64,000 nucleotides of DNA from Azolla caroliniana (Eukaryota; Plantae; Polypodiophyta). Numbering within the stretch: position 1 is the first letter of the stretch; each line of letters opens with the position of its first letter. The notes beneath the pieces are model-generated. The model was not told the origin of the DNA. It worked only from the letters and a program-made list of their open reading frames with translations, and did not search any database. Of this stretch, positions 39,601 to 52,378 are shown piece by piece. The position numbers were made by a program, and so were the translations under genes. The stretch is from contig JBHGNT010000005.1 in the NCBI GenBank assembly GCA_043228905.1, positions 3,658,001-3,722,000 on the forward strand, in the 5' to 3' direction.

Positions 39601-42600
39601 ATGGCTCTGCGTTATGATTACGAGAGGCGAGAGGACGATAGAGTAAGAGAGAGGGATCGGTCAAGAGAGCGTGATAGGTTTCGTGATCGGGAGAGAGATC
39701 GTGACAGGGAGAGATCACGTGAAAGAGAACGTGAGCGTGAGCGTGAACGTGAACGGCTGAGAGAGAAAGAACGGGCATGGGAAAGAGAGCGAGTTCGAGA
39801 AAGAGAGCGAGTTCGAGAGAAAGAGCAGCGAGATAGGGAGAGAGAGGTGCGGAGGCGAGAAAGAACACCACCGAGACCAGTTGCTCCTCCTCCTAGGCGA
39901 GATGAAAAGATTATTAGGAAAGCTTCTCCTCCACCACCAAGGTATGTGAGATGTCGGGACAACTCGTATATGTGTACATGGATGTTATTAGCAACTATTT
40001 CTGTTTCTATATTGTAGGAGTTTTGTAATTCCATTACTGTTTATATGATGTTAGCTTGGAGTTCCCGAAATGATGAATTTGTCTGTTAGCATTAGTTATC
40101 GAGGACTCAGTTCTAGTATCTCCTTCAGAGGCTTGCTTATATTGAAATTGAAGTTTTTGAGACTTCATGGATTTTCTGACACAAACGATGCATCTTCAAT
40201 CATCACAAGGAAGCATCATGTTTAGGAATTGTCAACATTTATGCATTTGGTTGTGTTCAAAACAGTTTTATGCTTGTCATTGGTTATACTTAGTTTCAGG
40301 TTTATTTGTTGTAAGTAAATATTCAATTCAAGGTTCGCTAGGAGTCCAGCATTGCGATTTGACTAGATGATGATCATGCCATTTGTTTTATGTGGTAACT
40401 GTATGTCGTAGAAAGTAGAATGAATGTGCTCAGTTATCCAGAATCACGTGTCTGGCTAATCTTGATATCATTCCTCTGGATAAATGACATGTTGGCGATA
40501 AATTCTTTGCATGTTTTCAGAAAATTTAGGTTGCTTTTAATTATACTGTCTTTCAATATGCTATTTATTGTTAATTGGTAATGGATTTATGTGTGTTAGT
40601 AGGTTTTCATCACCAATCAAACCTAGGAAGCCAGAATATTTGTGCAAGGTGAGTTGTGAGTAACTATGATTTCAAAGAGTTGGCTCCCTTTCACAAGATC
40701 TATGGAATTTACCTTTTAGTTACAATTCATGAAGGTGGAACCCTTTAGCCTAGTAGAGGCAGAGAGGGACTTGCTGTCTTTGATTCGGCGTTACCCAAAG
40801 TTGTTTGTGGCTGCTGATTTTTCAAAGGTGCGCTTCTATTCAAAGTTTGATTGTTTAATAGTCGCATCCCTCTATGATGAAACAGAGTTATCAAATAAAA
40901 TATTAAGACAAATTATAAAATAGAATTAAGATATAACGTCTTATTGTATGTTCAAAAGAGAAATTTGTTTGGTTAGTGCTCAAAGTTTGATTGTTTAACT
41001 GTTGCATCCCACTATTATGGATCGGAATTATCAAATAAATACTTAAGGAATATAATCTATAGAATAAAGGTAGAACTTTTCACTTTACGCTATAAATAGA
41101 AATTTGATGGGTTAATGCTCTTAAACTTCATAGTGCTCATAAAGTCCTATTCTTTTGAGATAATAAAATCTAAATTTTAGTGAGATTTGAAAATGTGTCA
41201 GGCAATGTTTCAAGAGATTTTAAACTTCAGGATGAATCTACTTTTAACAAGCAGTGGGGTGTGGCTTGAAGGTCTAGCATGGAAGTTAATTATCCTTCTG
41301 TCACTTGCAGGCCGTAACATGCTGGAGAGAAACAAGCTCTGAAATTTCTTTGAATCACCCTGTCAGGTATGTAGGCTCAAATACCATACATTATGAAATG
41401 TACCTACAGCAAACCGTACCTAGCTGTTTAGACATAAATAAAAGAATGCGATTCATCAGCATGGGCTTGTATGAATGGCTATTGCTCAGAAGAGCTGAGG
41501 AAGCTAGATATGGTCCCATTTTGTTATTGATATAGTATCTATGCTGACACCACTAGTCAGCATTTTAGTGTTCGTTGTCTCAATGACGAAAGATCTGGCC
41601 TGCGATGCAACAGCTTCGAGATTGATGCTGTAGAAGCAGAGGAAGAGAGCGAAGCAAAGGAGGGTGCTGTGAAGTCACCAGAAGGAGCTGACACATTGAA
41701 GGGGAGCATTACTTGGACTGTTAAGGTAACCTGTGGAGAAATGCTGATGAGCTTCGAGTGTCAGATGAGTCAACTATAGTTAGCCGAATTGCATGGAATT
41801 GGAAAAGCTTAAAAATATTCAAACTCCCACCTTCGCCTGCATGGAATCATAAAAGCATGAAAATTCCGGAATTCCCAACTTTGACTACATGGATTGAAAA
41901 ATATTGAAATCCCCAACAACCTCAACCACATGGAATTCGGAAAGCTTGGAAATTCTTCAAAGGCCAGCTTCAATGGAAGGAACAACAGCTGGCTTTTTTC
42001 ATTTTCTTGCTTATATACTGCACAATGAGTTCTTGTGCAATGCCCTTGCTTGCTGCATCCTGGCGAAATAAATAGTAGTATAGAAGGATCTCTGTGGATA
42101 CTCTCTGATCTAAAGCATTATTTTTATTGATCAGCGATGCCCAGCTTTTTGCTCGTTTGTGCTTCCTTGGTTCTGTCACACTCTAAATTATGGTTTGATG
42201 TGCACGTAGTTGATCATGGCACCCCTTGTCGATGCTCATAGAGCCTTAGCATTTTTATGATAACAATATAAACTGTTCCAATACAGAGAATAAATTATGG
42301 CCAAACAAGCTACTTTGCCTTTGAGTCCTTCAATCTTTATTCCCTGTTATATGCTGTTCAAGTATTTCTAGAGTTCTCCTATCTTTCTTATCTGCAAAAT
42401 ATACGGTCATGTGCAGATTTGGACGATTCAGTTAATTTCCTGCACTTTTGTATTTGTCCTGGGGAGCAGGTAATGCTGATGAGTGGCATGAGTGACGACA
42501 ATGTGAAGGAGTTACTTTCTGATTCTGAAGACAGACCTCTGCATATCCACAACATTTTGAAGTTTGCGGTACTAAGAAAAGAACGAAGTGCATTAATGGC

Positions 42601-45600
42601 TATAGGTGGAACTTGGGACAAACTACTTGATGGAGGAGATCCAGCAGTAGATGAACACGCTTTGATATGCACAGCTATAAGGTTTCTTATTGGAGCCTTT
42701 TGTTACATTGATTTACAATGGTGCTAAATTAAATGCACCTAATTTGCAGTTTACATGGTTTGATAAAATTCTGCTTTGCTGAGCAGATGCACAAAGGATG
42801 CTACTCACTTGGATCTCCATGGGGTTCATTCCTGGACTAGATTTATGGAGGTATGTGATGTAGCCATCACAAGAACCTACGAAATAAAAGTTTAATGGAC
42901 CTCATTATGATCTGTCTATAAATTTAAAGGGCAATTGAAGCTTAATGTACGAGCTATTTATAAAATCCAACTTCCTGTGACTATTACGTCCTGATGATCT
43001 CATTTTATTAAATCTCAAAAGTTTTTGAAAAGATTTTTTGCCGCTACAGTATAACTTAAGTAATGGTCTTGGATTCAGTTTTCTTGATATCTATATTTCT
43101 TATTGATATATGACACTCTCCAATGCAGATACATTATGACAGAGCGGGAGAGAATGATATGAATTGCAAAGAAATCTCTGTGTTTTTAATACCTGATCTA
43201 TCTGGAATCCTTCCATCCCTGGAGACTTGGAAACTAGAATGGAAACAGAGGAAGAATGAAAGTAAACATAGGCGTGAAACATCTCAGAAGCATGATAAGG
43301 TTTCGCAGACTAACCATTTTTAGCAGTTCTCATTCTTAAATTCTCTTTGTATGTTATGGATATAAAAGCCCAATGAGTTTTCTTATCTTGGAATTATGAG
43401 TAATAAACTGAGCAATCGACTTGTCATTCTCTTGTCTAGGATGCAAAAGCTGAAGAATCACACAAAGGTATTCTATTCTTAACATGAGGAAAATGACGGA
43501 AATAACTGAGGGTAATCTATTATTATGGATAATGTAAAAATGTAAAGACTTTCAGGTAATGCAAATGGAGGTATTGATGCAGCTAGTGAAGACAAGGAAG
43601 ACTCTACTGAAGAGAAGAATGCTGAGGTGGTGAAAGTGGAAGCAAAGAAGGATGAGAAATTTGAAAGGGATGGGAAGAAAGAATCAAAGAAAGACGACCC
43701 TAAAAAAGAGGACAAGAAACAGAAAGATACAAAAAAAGAGGAGAAGAAAGATCTGAAGGAGGACAAAAAAGAGAAGGATCCGAAGAAAGACGATAAGAAA
43801 CTTGATCTTAAAAAAGACAGAAAAGCAAAAACTGATAGAAAAGATAAGGAAAAGAAAGACGAGGAAAAGAAGGAAGAGAAGGATGGCAGAATCACCAAAG
43901 ACAAAACTGCAGATAAGAAGACAAAATCAAGGTCTGAAGATGAACCGCCTGCAACACCAGGGGTTTTCATCACCACTAAACGCACCAAGTCCGACAGGGT
44001 AATAATGTTTGATAAATTTCTTCTCTTCTAGATTAATTTTTTTTTTTACCTGGTCTTATTATGTTAGGGCTGTTTTTTCTGTGTACATTTTATTGCTAAA
44101 CCAATTGATGGAAAAGATGGTTTGTATGATTTTACAATCAATGTGATTGCAATTATAGGTACGGGGCATGGCAATCTCATTAGATGGATTACTTGATTAT
44201 GATGAGAGGGACAAAGAAGAATCTACGTTTGAGGTGAACATCTCTACATTAATCATCGGAAAAAATTAATTGCAACGTAACTTAATATTTTATTTTATTG
44301 TTGCAGTTATCGTTATTTGCTGAATTTTTTCAAGAAATGTTGCAATATAGATTTGGATGCCAAATTTGGGAATCTTTTGAGGTATATATTAGTTATTCTT
44401 CTCTTCGTGCATACTCACATAAATGAGGAGAATTTTAAAGCCAAGATTTGTGCAACTTTCATATTTAAATACCTTATTCATAGAGGCGTTGCTGTACTAA
44501 ATTTTTTGTTGCTATGTTAGGCGTTACATCCGCTTGTACAGGCGAGGAAAAAAGAAGACAGGAAACGTGCCAGAGAAAATGATAAAGACTCCAAGCTAGC
44601 AACGAAAAAGAAGTCGAAATTCTCTGACAAAGCTGAGAGTTCAGAAAAACCAGATAAAGATGGAGAGAATGCAAAGCTGTCTTTGGATGATGAGGCAGAG
44701 AAAAAAGGTATAGAGGCCAAAGACGATGAACAGAAAGCTGTTAAAGACATCGATGCAGCTATGCAAGAGGCATCACTAATAAACCTGGATGAGTTAGAGG
44801 TAATGTTCTATTCGTAATGTTGCTTTTTTGTATTATATGTCCTACTAATTATTGAAGACAATGGTAGAGAAGGGAGCTTTTGTATTTTCCCCACAGTGAG
44901 TGATTGAGGAGAGTACAATAATGGCAAGCAAGAGAGCGAGTTAAAATTTTCTCTTTTAAATATAAATATAATAGAAAATTGATATATTTATGTTGGATTT
45001 TTTCTCTCTCTTAGTAAATATTTTCCAAGTAAAATTCAGTGAATGGGGCATCTGTTTCCAAAAGCTCTTGGAGTACTACAAAAGTGCAATACATAATTTT
45101 AATTTCTTCCTTCATCTTCTTTCATGAGGTTTTGGCATTTTTCCCATGTGCACATCCTACATTCACATTTTCCATTTTCTAACAAAAATGTGGCTTTTAA
45201 AAGGAGGAAACGCAAGATATGCCGGATCTCGTAAACAATGCAGTTGCAGATGAGAAAACAGTCCAGGTATTTCATTATGCTATTTGGAAATCATATATAT
45301 TTTTAGACTACTCTAAATTGGCTATTTTTCAGGATGGGAGTGAACAGAAGAAAACAGGACTCAAATTTATCACTAATGAAAATCTGTTCAAGGTTTGTAT
45401 TTTGGATTTTAATTTGTTTGTGATTAGGTAACACTAGCAGTTTAATACGATGAACTGTATCTATTCCTGCAGGCTTTTCGGTACTTCGATAGGAATAAAG
45501 CTGGCTACCTCAGGGTCAGTATTTTTCTCATTTTAACATTAGTTATCCATGTTGAGAGTTACAATTTACAGTCTTATTTTTTACTTGTAGGCGGAGGATG

Positions 45601-45813
45601 TGCGGCGCTTGGTTCATGTACTAGGGAAATTTTTAACAAGGAGACGAGTAAAAGTAATCATTCTCTTTTATTCTTAATAACAGGCTGGTACTTTTAATTG
45701 CATATTCTAATTGGTGACTGTTTCAGGACGTCACTTCCTCTGCGATGATTGAGAGTAAATCAAAAGATGATTTTATCTATTACCGAAGGCTAGTGGAGAA
45801 AGAGGTGGTTTGA
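36659..45813 (+). CDS. RSA1: CCAR1/DBC1-family nuclear protein, homolog of SHORT ROOT IN SALT MEDIUM 1 / EMB1579
   Basis: Exon 1 36659-36697 (MDQWNYGRASQQQ), G/Q/Y/S-rich exon from 38421 and RE/RD repeats at about 39620-39870. Conserved blocks EYLCKVEPFSLVEAERDLLSLIRRYPKLFVAADFSK, KVMLMSG...HIHNILKFAVLRKERSALMAIGGTWDKLLDGGDP (DBC1 domain) and ISLDGLLDYDERDKEESTFELSLFAEFFQEMLQYRFG. C-terminal EF-hand AFRYFDRNKAGYLRAEDV. Stop TGA at 45811-45813. Confidence 0.93.
36925..38295 (+). repeat. Degenerate minisatellite with an about 31-bp unit in intron 1 of the RSA1 homolog
   Basis: Consensus approximately gagagctcttgggtcatagtgtatacttggt recurs throughout, e.g. at about 37248, 37657, 38025, 38060 and 38171. 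Confidence 0.85.
41785..41960 (+). repeat. Intronic tandem repeat, about 45-50-bp unit, about 4 copies
   Basis: catggaat...aaagc(t/a)t.aaa.t...ccca recurs at about 41792, 41840, 41888 and 41929. Confidence 0.65.
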
Positions 45814-48019
45814 CTTTGATGGAGAAATGTCTCTCTCTAGATGCAAACCTAGGAACATCAATGAGTTATACATACCATGACATGGAGGATTATAGTGTTG
45901 AAGACTTGATTTTGTAACTTAGAGATAGATTTGTATTTTGTAGAACTTTCATCCTGTTGAACGATTGATGATGATGGAATTGAGATTAACTGCTCTTCCT
46001 TGCACTTTTCTAAGAACGAGGTTTTTGGACAAACTGCTTTTGCCTGTGTATACTCACATTTTGTTTACATGATACTTTCTAAGGTCTTTTCTTTTTTTAA
46101 TGTGCTTATGCAATTTTATATACCCCTTGACTTCAACCCAAATGTATTCAAACACCATTATGGATATTGATAGCTATAAGATTCAAAGCTTGCTTGTAAT
46201 GAAATTGATTTTAAAGTGATCAGAGGTCTTTAAATTGACGTAACCAAAGAGAGTGATGTTGTCGTCGATGTCTTTTGACATGTGGAGTGCATATTTCTGT
46301 GCGTGCTATATAATATTGCACCCTTTGTTTTTAATTGAATACAACATGATTCATTTCACATTAGAACATAAATAAGGATAGGTTTTCTTGCCCTACTAAT
46401 TCTATCATATGCTTCTTCAACATTGGTAGGCCTTTCGCTTGTGGTACAGTGGACTGTTAGATGATTGCTTTAATAGACTAAAGGCTAGGTAGGTACATAC
46501 AGTGATTGAGTCTTTGTAATAATAATAGACTTGCTTCACCATGTGCTATGCCAACAACGTATGGAAAGATGAATGAGCTGATGTTGGCTTTTAATTTAAA
46601 CAAAACTGGTGAACTTCATGAAAATTTATAGGCAGAGTTGGTGAGACGGGTGTTTTAACGGTGAAGGTCACCTTCATTGGTCTGATTGAAAAATATCTGG
46701 TTGGTTTTAAAACCATTCAACCATTCAACATAATCCATTAGCCACTAGAGAAGAAATAGGGACATGCCTTCTTATCCTACCAAGTCCATCGTACATTCCT
46801 TCAGTAGGGAAAGGCATGTGCCCTAATCAAAGCAAATCCTCACACCCTCTTTGCGAACTGATGAGTATGGATAAGGATCAGGGTTTATGGGAAAGCAAAG
46901 AAAGTGCTAAAATGTAAGGTAGACCTATGCACATTGGGTGTCTCCGCCAATCCATGATGAAACATATTCACATTGCACCCGTTTATGATTTTTTGATGTT
47001 TTAATGATTCGTGTGTCGTGAAGGTTGGTGACAAAAAATGACGAAAAACTATACATTTTTTGAAGTAGGTTTGATCACATTTGCTGTTCATTCCACATGG
47101 GGCTTTATTACAAAGTCCCCTCCTCTAAATTTAGGTACACATCTCTCATTCAGCTCATCTTTTGTGTAGTAAGTCGAGTTTAGTTATTTATTCCAATAAA
47201 GGCGTCTTAGTCTTGAAAATAGTGTCACAATGCTTAGTTATTAAAGACAAGTCATAAGGAGAATACGAGGTTTTTCTCATATAGCATGGATAAATATGCT
47301 TGCCTATTACAATAGCATTCATCATTCATAACATGTTTGCAGGATACCTTGGGAGTGTGATGCACTTTCCAAATTTACCCTTAGAGGCACACATATATAC
47401 ACATCCATGTAGACATGGACACACACGCGCACACACACACACACACACACAATACATATGCATACATATAAGACATATATGTACATGCATAGATACATGC
47501 ATAGACTGTAGACATGTCACATATGTATATCAATATGTATGTAATTGTAAACATATATGTACATACATATAAGACATATACATGCATAGACATAGTCACA
47601 TATGTATGTATAATGTATGTATGTATGTGTGTGTATGTATATGTGCAAACATATATCAAAGAAACGATATATGTATTTTCTATGTATGCTTTTTTTGGTG
47701 TGTGACCGTATGTACTGAAGAAACGATATAAAGAAAGAAAACCAAATTATGGAGTTACAGAAGAGAAAACGCTACTTTTAGTAGGATCGTATCCCCTGCT
47801 CCCAACAACCTCGTCAATAACAGTAGCAGAGTACCACATGAAGCAGAGGAGGAATTAGATGCTTCCATAGCCTTTGCATGGAAACACTGCATTCAAGAGA
47901 AACAGGAGGGATTCTTCTTCTTCTTCTTCTTCTTCTTCACTGAACTAACTATACGTACCTTGTTACGCATAAGCACAAACCTTTCGTTTGATTAAAGAAG
48001 GGCATTTGGAGAAGAAGCT

Positions 48020-51000
48020 ATGGCAGATAGAGGAAGGACTCTTAACCGTTCCTTTTTCTCTGCTACCTCATCCGATAATGATGACGACGACGAAGGTGGT
48101 GGTGCTGGTCATGATCTCTCGGACAGAGAAGGCGCTGCTGCTCATGGCTCATCTTCATATTACGGGCTTCCTTCCTCATCTCTCTGGCCACGAAGTTATA
48201 GGTGCTAAAAAATTTACTACTAGTCGCAGTTAATGTAACGCCTGTCATGAGTAAATTACTTGTCTGCGCACATTTTTTTCTTGTATTGTTTTGGATTTTT
48301 TTTAGGAAATTTGTGTCACACACAAAAGGTGTTTGGTAGCTCTCATTCGTATGTAGCGCTATTGATTGTATCTCATGGTTCTACAATTTCAGCGTTTGGT
48401 TTTAAGATTTCTTTTTCTAGGTTCTGGGTTTATAAGAGCTTCATGTTCAGTATTGGGTCTATGCTTGGTATTGTTTCATGCATAAAACATCCCTTTCATT
48501 AATGTTTCATTTATGCCATCTGATCTTATAGTTTCTATCATCCTGAAATTTTGTATTGATAGACACTATTGTGCATGCATAAAAAGCTCTGAAGTCCATC
48601 TTGATTTTCATTAAATCCTACTTGGTTGGCTAATTTGTCGCACATGGTATGTATCATACTTTTTCTAGAACATATTATTATTATTATTATTATTGATGTG
48701 CTCTGGCTCGTACTAATTTGTACTGATTATATCATATATTGATGATTTCTTCTTGTTGATTATTCTGGTGTAGTGATTCCGTAGATGCATATAGCCTTGC
48801 CATATCACCGAAGGGTCCCTTGATAGCCGAGATCTTGAACATGTCCTCGTCATTTAATAGCAGCATCAGTCATGCAATGATGGGCAGTAGAAGGCGATCT
48901 TCAATTCTGGATTTTGATCAATATGATGTGAACGAAAAGAAATCATTGAGCAGTGCCAAGTTACTTCAGTCCAGTGATGATGACGGCCTTCAAAACAATA
49001 ATTCTGACTTGGATCATGACTATGTTAGGTTTAACTCCAGATTGAGCAATATGAATGGTGCGATTGATGTAATTACAGATTGGCAGCAGCCAGCACCACG
49101 AATCCTATCCTGGAAGGAGGATGGCTCAAGTAGTGTAATGCAAGCAATATTCAATGGTACATGAACGCTGAAGCAAATTTCTGAGCTATCTGAGAAAAGT
49201 GTGAATCAATTGATTCGGGTTTCATCAAATTGTGCACGAATCATGCTACTATTTTAGATAAAACTTAGGACTATCTGAGAACAGTATTCACTTGAATTGG
49301 TTTTCATGACAGCAAGTCTGCCAGTTTGTGGAAGTGAACTCTTAATCTTTGTTGCCTTGGATGATCTGCAGGTGCTAATGTGATGGCAGGAGTTGGTCTA
49401 CTCTCTTGTCCATATGCAGTGAAGGAAGGGGGTTGGATAGGGTTACTAGTGTTGGCTATTTTTTGTGTCTTGTGTTGCTACACATGTCATCTGCTATGCA
49501 AGTGTATGAACTTCTATACTGACACCATGTATACTCCTGATACTACAATTCATCCAGCATACCTCAGGTCATACCCAGACATTGCACAATTGGCTTTTGG
49601 GAAGATCGGACGCACCATCATCTCGGTATAGTTAGGAAGTTAATAAAATGGGTTTTGGATTCAGTTAGTGAAAATCTAGCTGAAATCAATGTTTCTCACC
49701 TTTGAATTTATTGTTTCATGATTGGCAGATTATGCTGTATGCAGAACTTTATGTAAGTTGTTGATATCCTTGTCTCAGTGTACGCCCCTTTAAGATTGTA
49801 TTCCCTCGTAATTTTGTTTTGTTTTCACTGAAGGCATATTGTGTAGAATATCTCATTCTTGAAGGAGACAATCTATCAAAGATTTTCCCTGCTTTCCAAA
49901 TCTCTTCGGCCATTAGTCCCAAGGCGTCCTTCACCATCCTTGCTACAGCAATAGTCTTGCCCACAGTATGGCTCCAAAATCTAACTTGGTTATGTGCCAT
50001 GTCATGTAAGTAGTAACAAGAAGCAAGCAATCCACAAGTTTCTTATGACGCATATTGTTACAAACTTATAACACTGGTTTGTGCAGTCATGGGCGTCATT
50101 AGTACGTCTGTGGTATTGCTGATGGTGATATGGATGGGAGCTATGGATGGCATTGGTTTTATGCACAGTGGACCCCTTGTTAAGTGGAATGAACTCCCCT
50201 TAGCCATCGGGGTCTATGGGTTTTGCTATTCAGGTCATGCAGTCTTCCCCAACATCTATGCATCCATGAGAAACAAAGACAAATACCTTATTGTGCTCCT
50301 AGCAAGGTGAATGAACATGAATCTCTCGTTTATTGAATCCATCCTCACATACTTTTTCTCTTTCTCTCTCTAAAGGCATCCCCTTTGCTGGTTCATGCTA
50401 TATTCCATAGTTTTGGCGTATGTACCATCATGTATGCAGCCATGGCAATCATTGGATTCTCCATGTTTGGCGATGAGACTCTCTCCCAAATTACTCTTAA
50501 CCTTCCAAATGGGTATAAAGCATCCTACATAGCAATGTTCACCACGGTAAGCTGACTGAATGGCTGCTTTATCCTCTTCTGCCTTTTGTATCCATCATCT
50601 AATTATCTTATTTTCCATCTGCAGATTCTGAACCCATTTACCAAATATCCTTTTATCGTGTGCCAATTCTTAATACACCAGAACAGTAATTTAAGTGCAT
50701 CACTGTAACATTTTCCTCTCATGTGTGGTTAATCACAAATTCATTCATGATCTCTGATGCTCTCTATGTTTTGCTCTCTAATAACATTGTCACCCTTAAA
50801 TCCTCTGTATACATTTGCTCTAATGTTATCTCCCATTGCCAATGGCTTGGAGGAGCTGATCCCAACCGAAAAACTTGAAAAGCATGGAAGAAGGCTCGTA
50901 ACGATAACTGTGCGCACTCTTCTCCTCCTGTCAACGTTGCTGGTGGCAACTATGGTTCCATTCTTCGGTAAGTTTGCACAGAGCTCATTACTATATGCAA

Positions 51001-51419
51001 GGCTATGAATACCATCCCCCCTTCTTATTGTGCTCATTTATTTGATCTTTTTACAGGTTATATGATGTCTCTAGTTGGATCTGTACTAAGCATGCTTGTG
51101 GTAATTTCTCACAAATGCATAAAGTTCCATCTTATTTAGTTTTTAGCTTCCCATATTTATTGACATCGATCTTTCATTTTCTCAGACTGTCATTGTGCCA
51201 TGCACTTGCTTCTTAAGCATCTACAGGCAGAGAACCACCAAATTTGAGGTCTGTCATATATCTCTTTACTATATGATTAAACTTTCAAATTGATTATATT
51301 TTAATTTTATGTATTTAATGTGCCAGGTTGCTTTTTGTACAATTAGCATAATTATTGCTACAGTTGCAGGCTCCATTGGGATGTATTCTTCAGTACTAAA
51401 GCTATCGGGTGAATTTTAA
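48020..51419 (+). CDS. AVT1: Vacuolar amino acid transporter, AVT1 subfamily (Aa_trans)
   Basis: Acidic N-terminus with WPRSY, then SSVMQAIFNGANVMAGVGLLSCPYAVKEGGWIGL, SYPDIAQLAFGKIGR, LYAELYAYCVEYLILEGDNL, GVYGFCYSGHAVFPNIYASM, NPFTKFALMLSPIANGLEELIP and VPFFGYMMSLVGS. Stop TAA at 51417-51419. Confidence 0.95.
50645..50812 (+). other. U12-type (minor spliceosome) AT-AC intron in AVT1
   Basis: 5' end ATATCCTTT, branch-like CCCTTAAAT about 12-20 nt before a terminal AC. Removal restores the in-frame conserved NPFTK|FAL. Confidence 0.9.
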
Positions 51420-52378
51420 TAAGACTCATTCTATGGACGAGATCATTAAAAAAAGATGGGGTATTAATCAAATCTTGAGATGGCATTCATCTGTGTGGAG
51501 ATCATTACCCTGTAGCTCAATCTTGTTTTAGAATTTTCTCATACCCATTCAAAAAGAAGTGAGTTATGCGACTTGTGATACAAAAATACATCTGTTATAT
51601 AAGGAGCATCTTTCTACTGCCAAAGCCAATTTGTTATTTTTATTCTTTTCAAATTCATTGATTATATTATATAGAGTATTTTGTATCTACGTTGACAATC
51701 TAAATTAAAATTCATCATTAGTAAAAATACTACTTTTTACTGCAATCACATATCATTGCTCTTTTCAATCTTCAATCTCAATGATAACATTACATAGAGA
51801 TCGTTATCTCTCTTCTGGCAATGCCCACCACTTCATGAGTTGCACAGTGCCAGATGCCATGTTAGACATCTGAACTGGTTTCAGGTGGCATTAATAAACT
51901 GGTCTCTTAGCAATTGGATCTTTTTGAGCGCACACAAAATATATATATATATATATTTAAAAATTGATGGTACATCACATGCACTTAAGTAAAATTCACT
52001 TGCACTAACTACACTGAGAATCAAAGTTTGGTATATATTGGTATATAGATTGTTTGATAAATTGGTTGTTTGACCATTATATATACAAAACAAGCCCTGA
52101 AGCAGAATCTTTATACAACAAAATTCCAGAGCTTAAGAAGTTGAATCTAGGAACTTGTTTCTCTTTTCACTCTTTACAGATGCCAAAGGAGCAGCAAAGT
52201 GCTGATCCTGTGCGAGGTTAAAGATATATATGAACTGGTCAAGAATTCCTGTTAGTCAAAAACAATAAGATCCTTTAGTATCCATCAGTTAAACAATAAG
52301 ATCCTTTAGTATCCATCACATGTCTACTTCCATTTCCTCCAAATCAGGATCATTAAGCTATTAAGTTGTTGCCATGGA

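Noticed and set aside
39536-43988. Antisense ORFs rich in SR or F/S/L (39618-40034, 43479-43988)
   Set aside because: Mirror images of the RE-rich and K/D/E-rich sense exons of the RSA1 homolog.
12596-51419. Oxidase plus AVT1 transporter as a metabolic gene cluster
   Set aside because: They are 34 kb apart and separated by unrelated housekeeping genes, with no evidence of co-regulation in the sequence.
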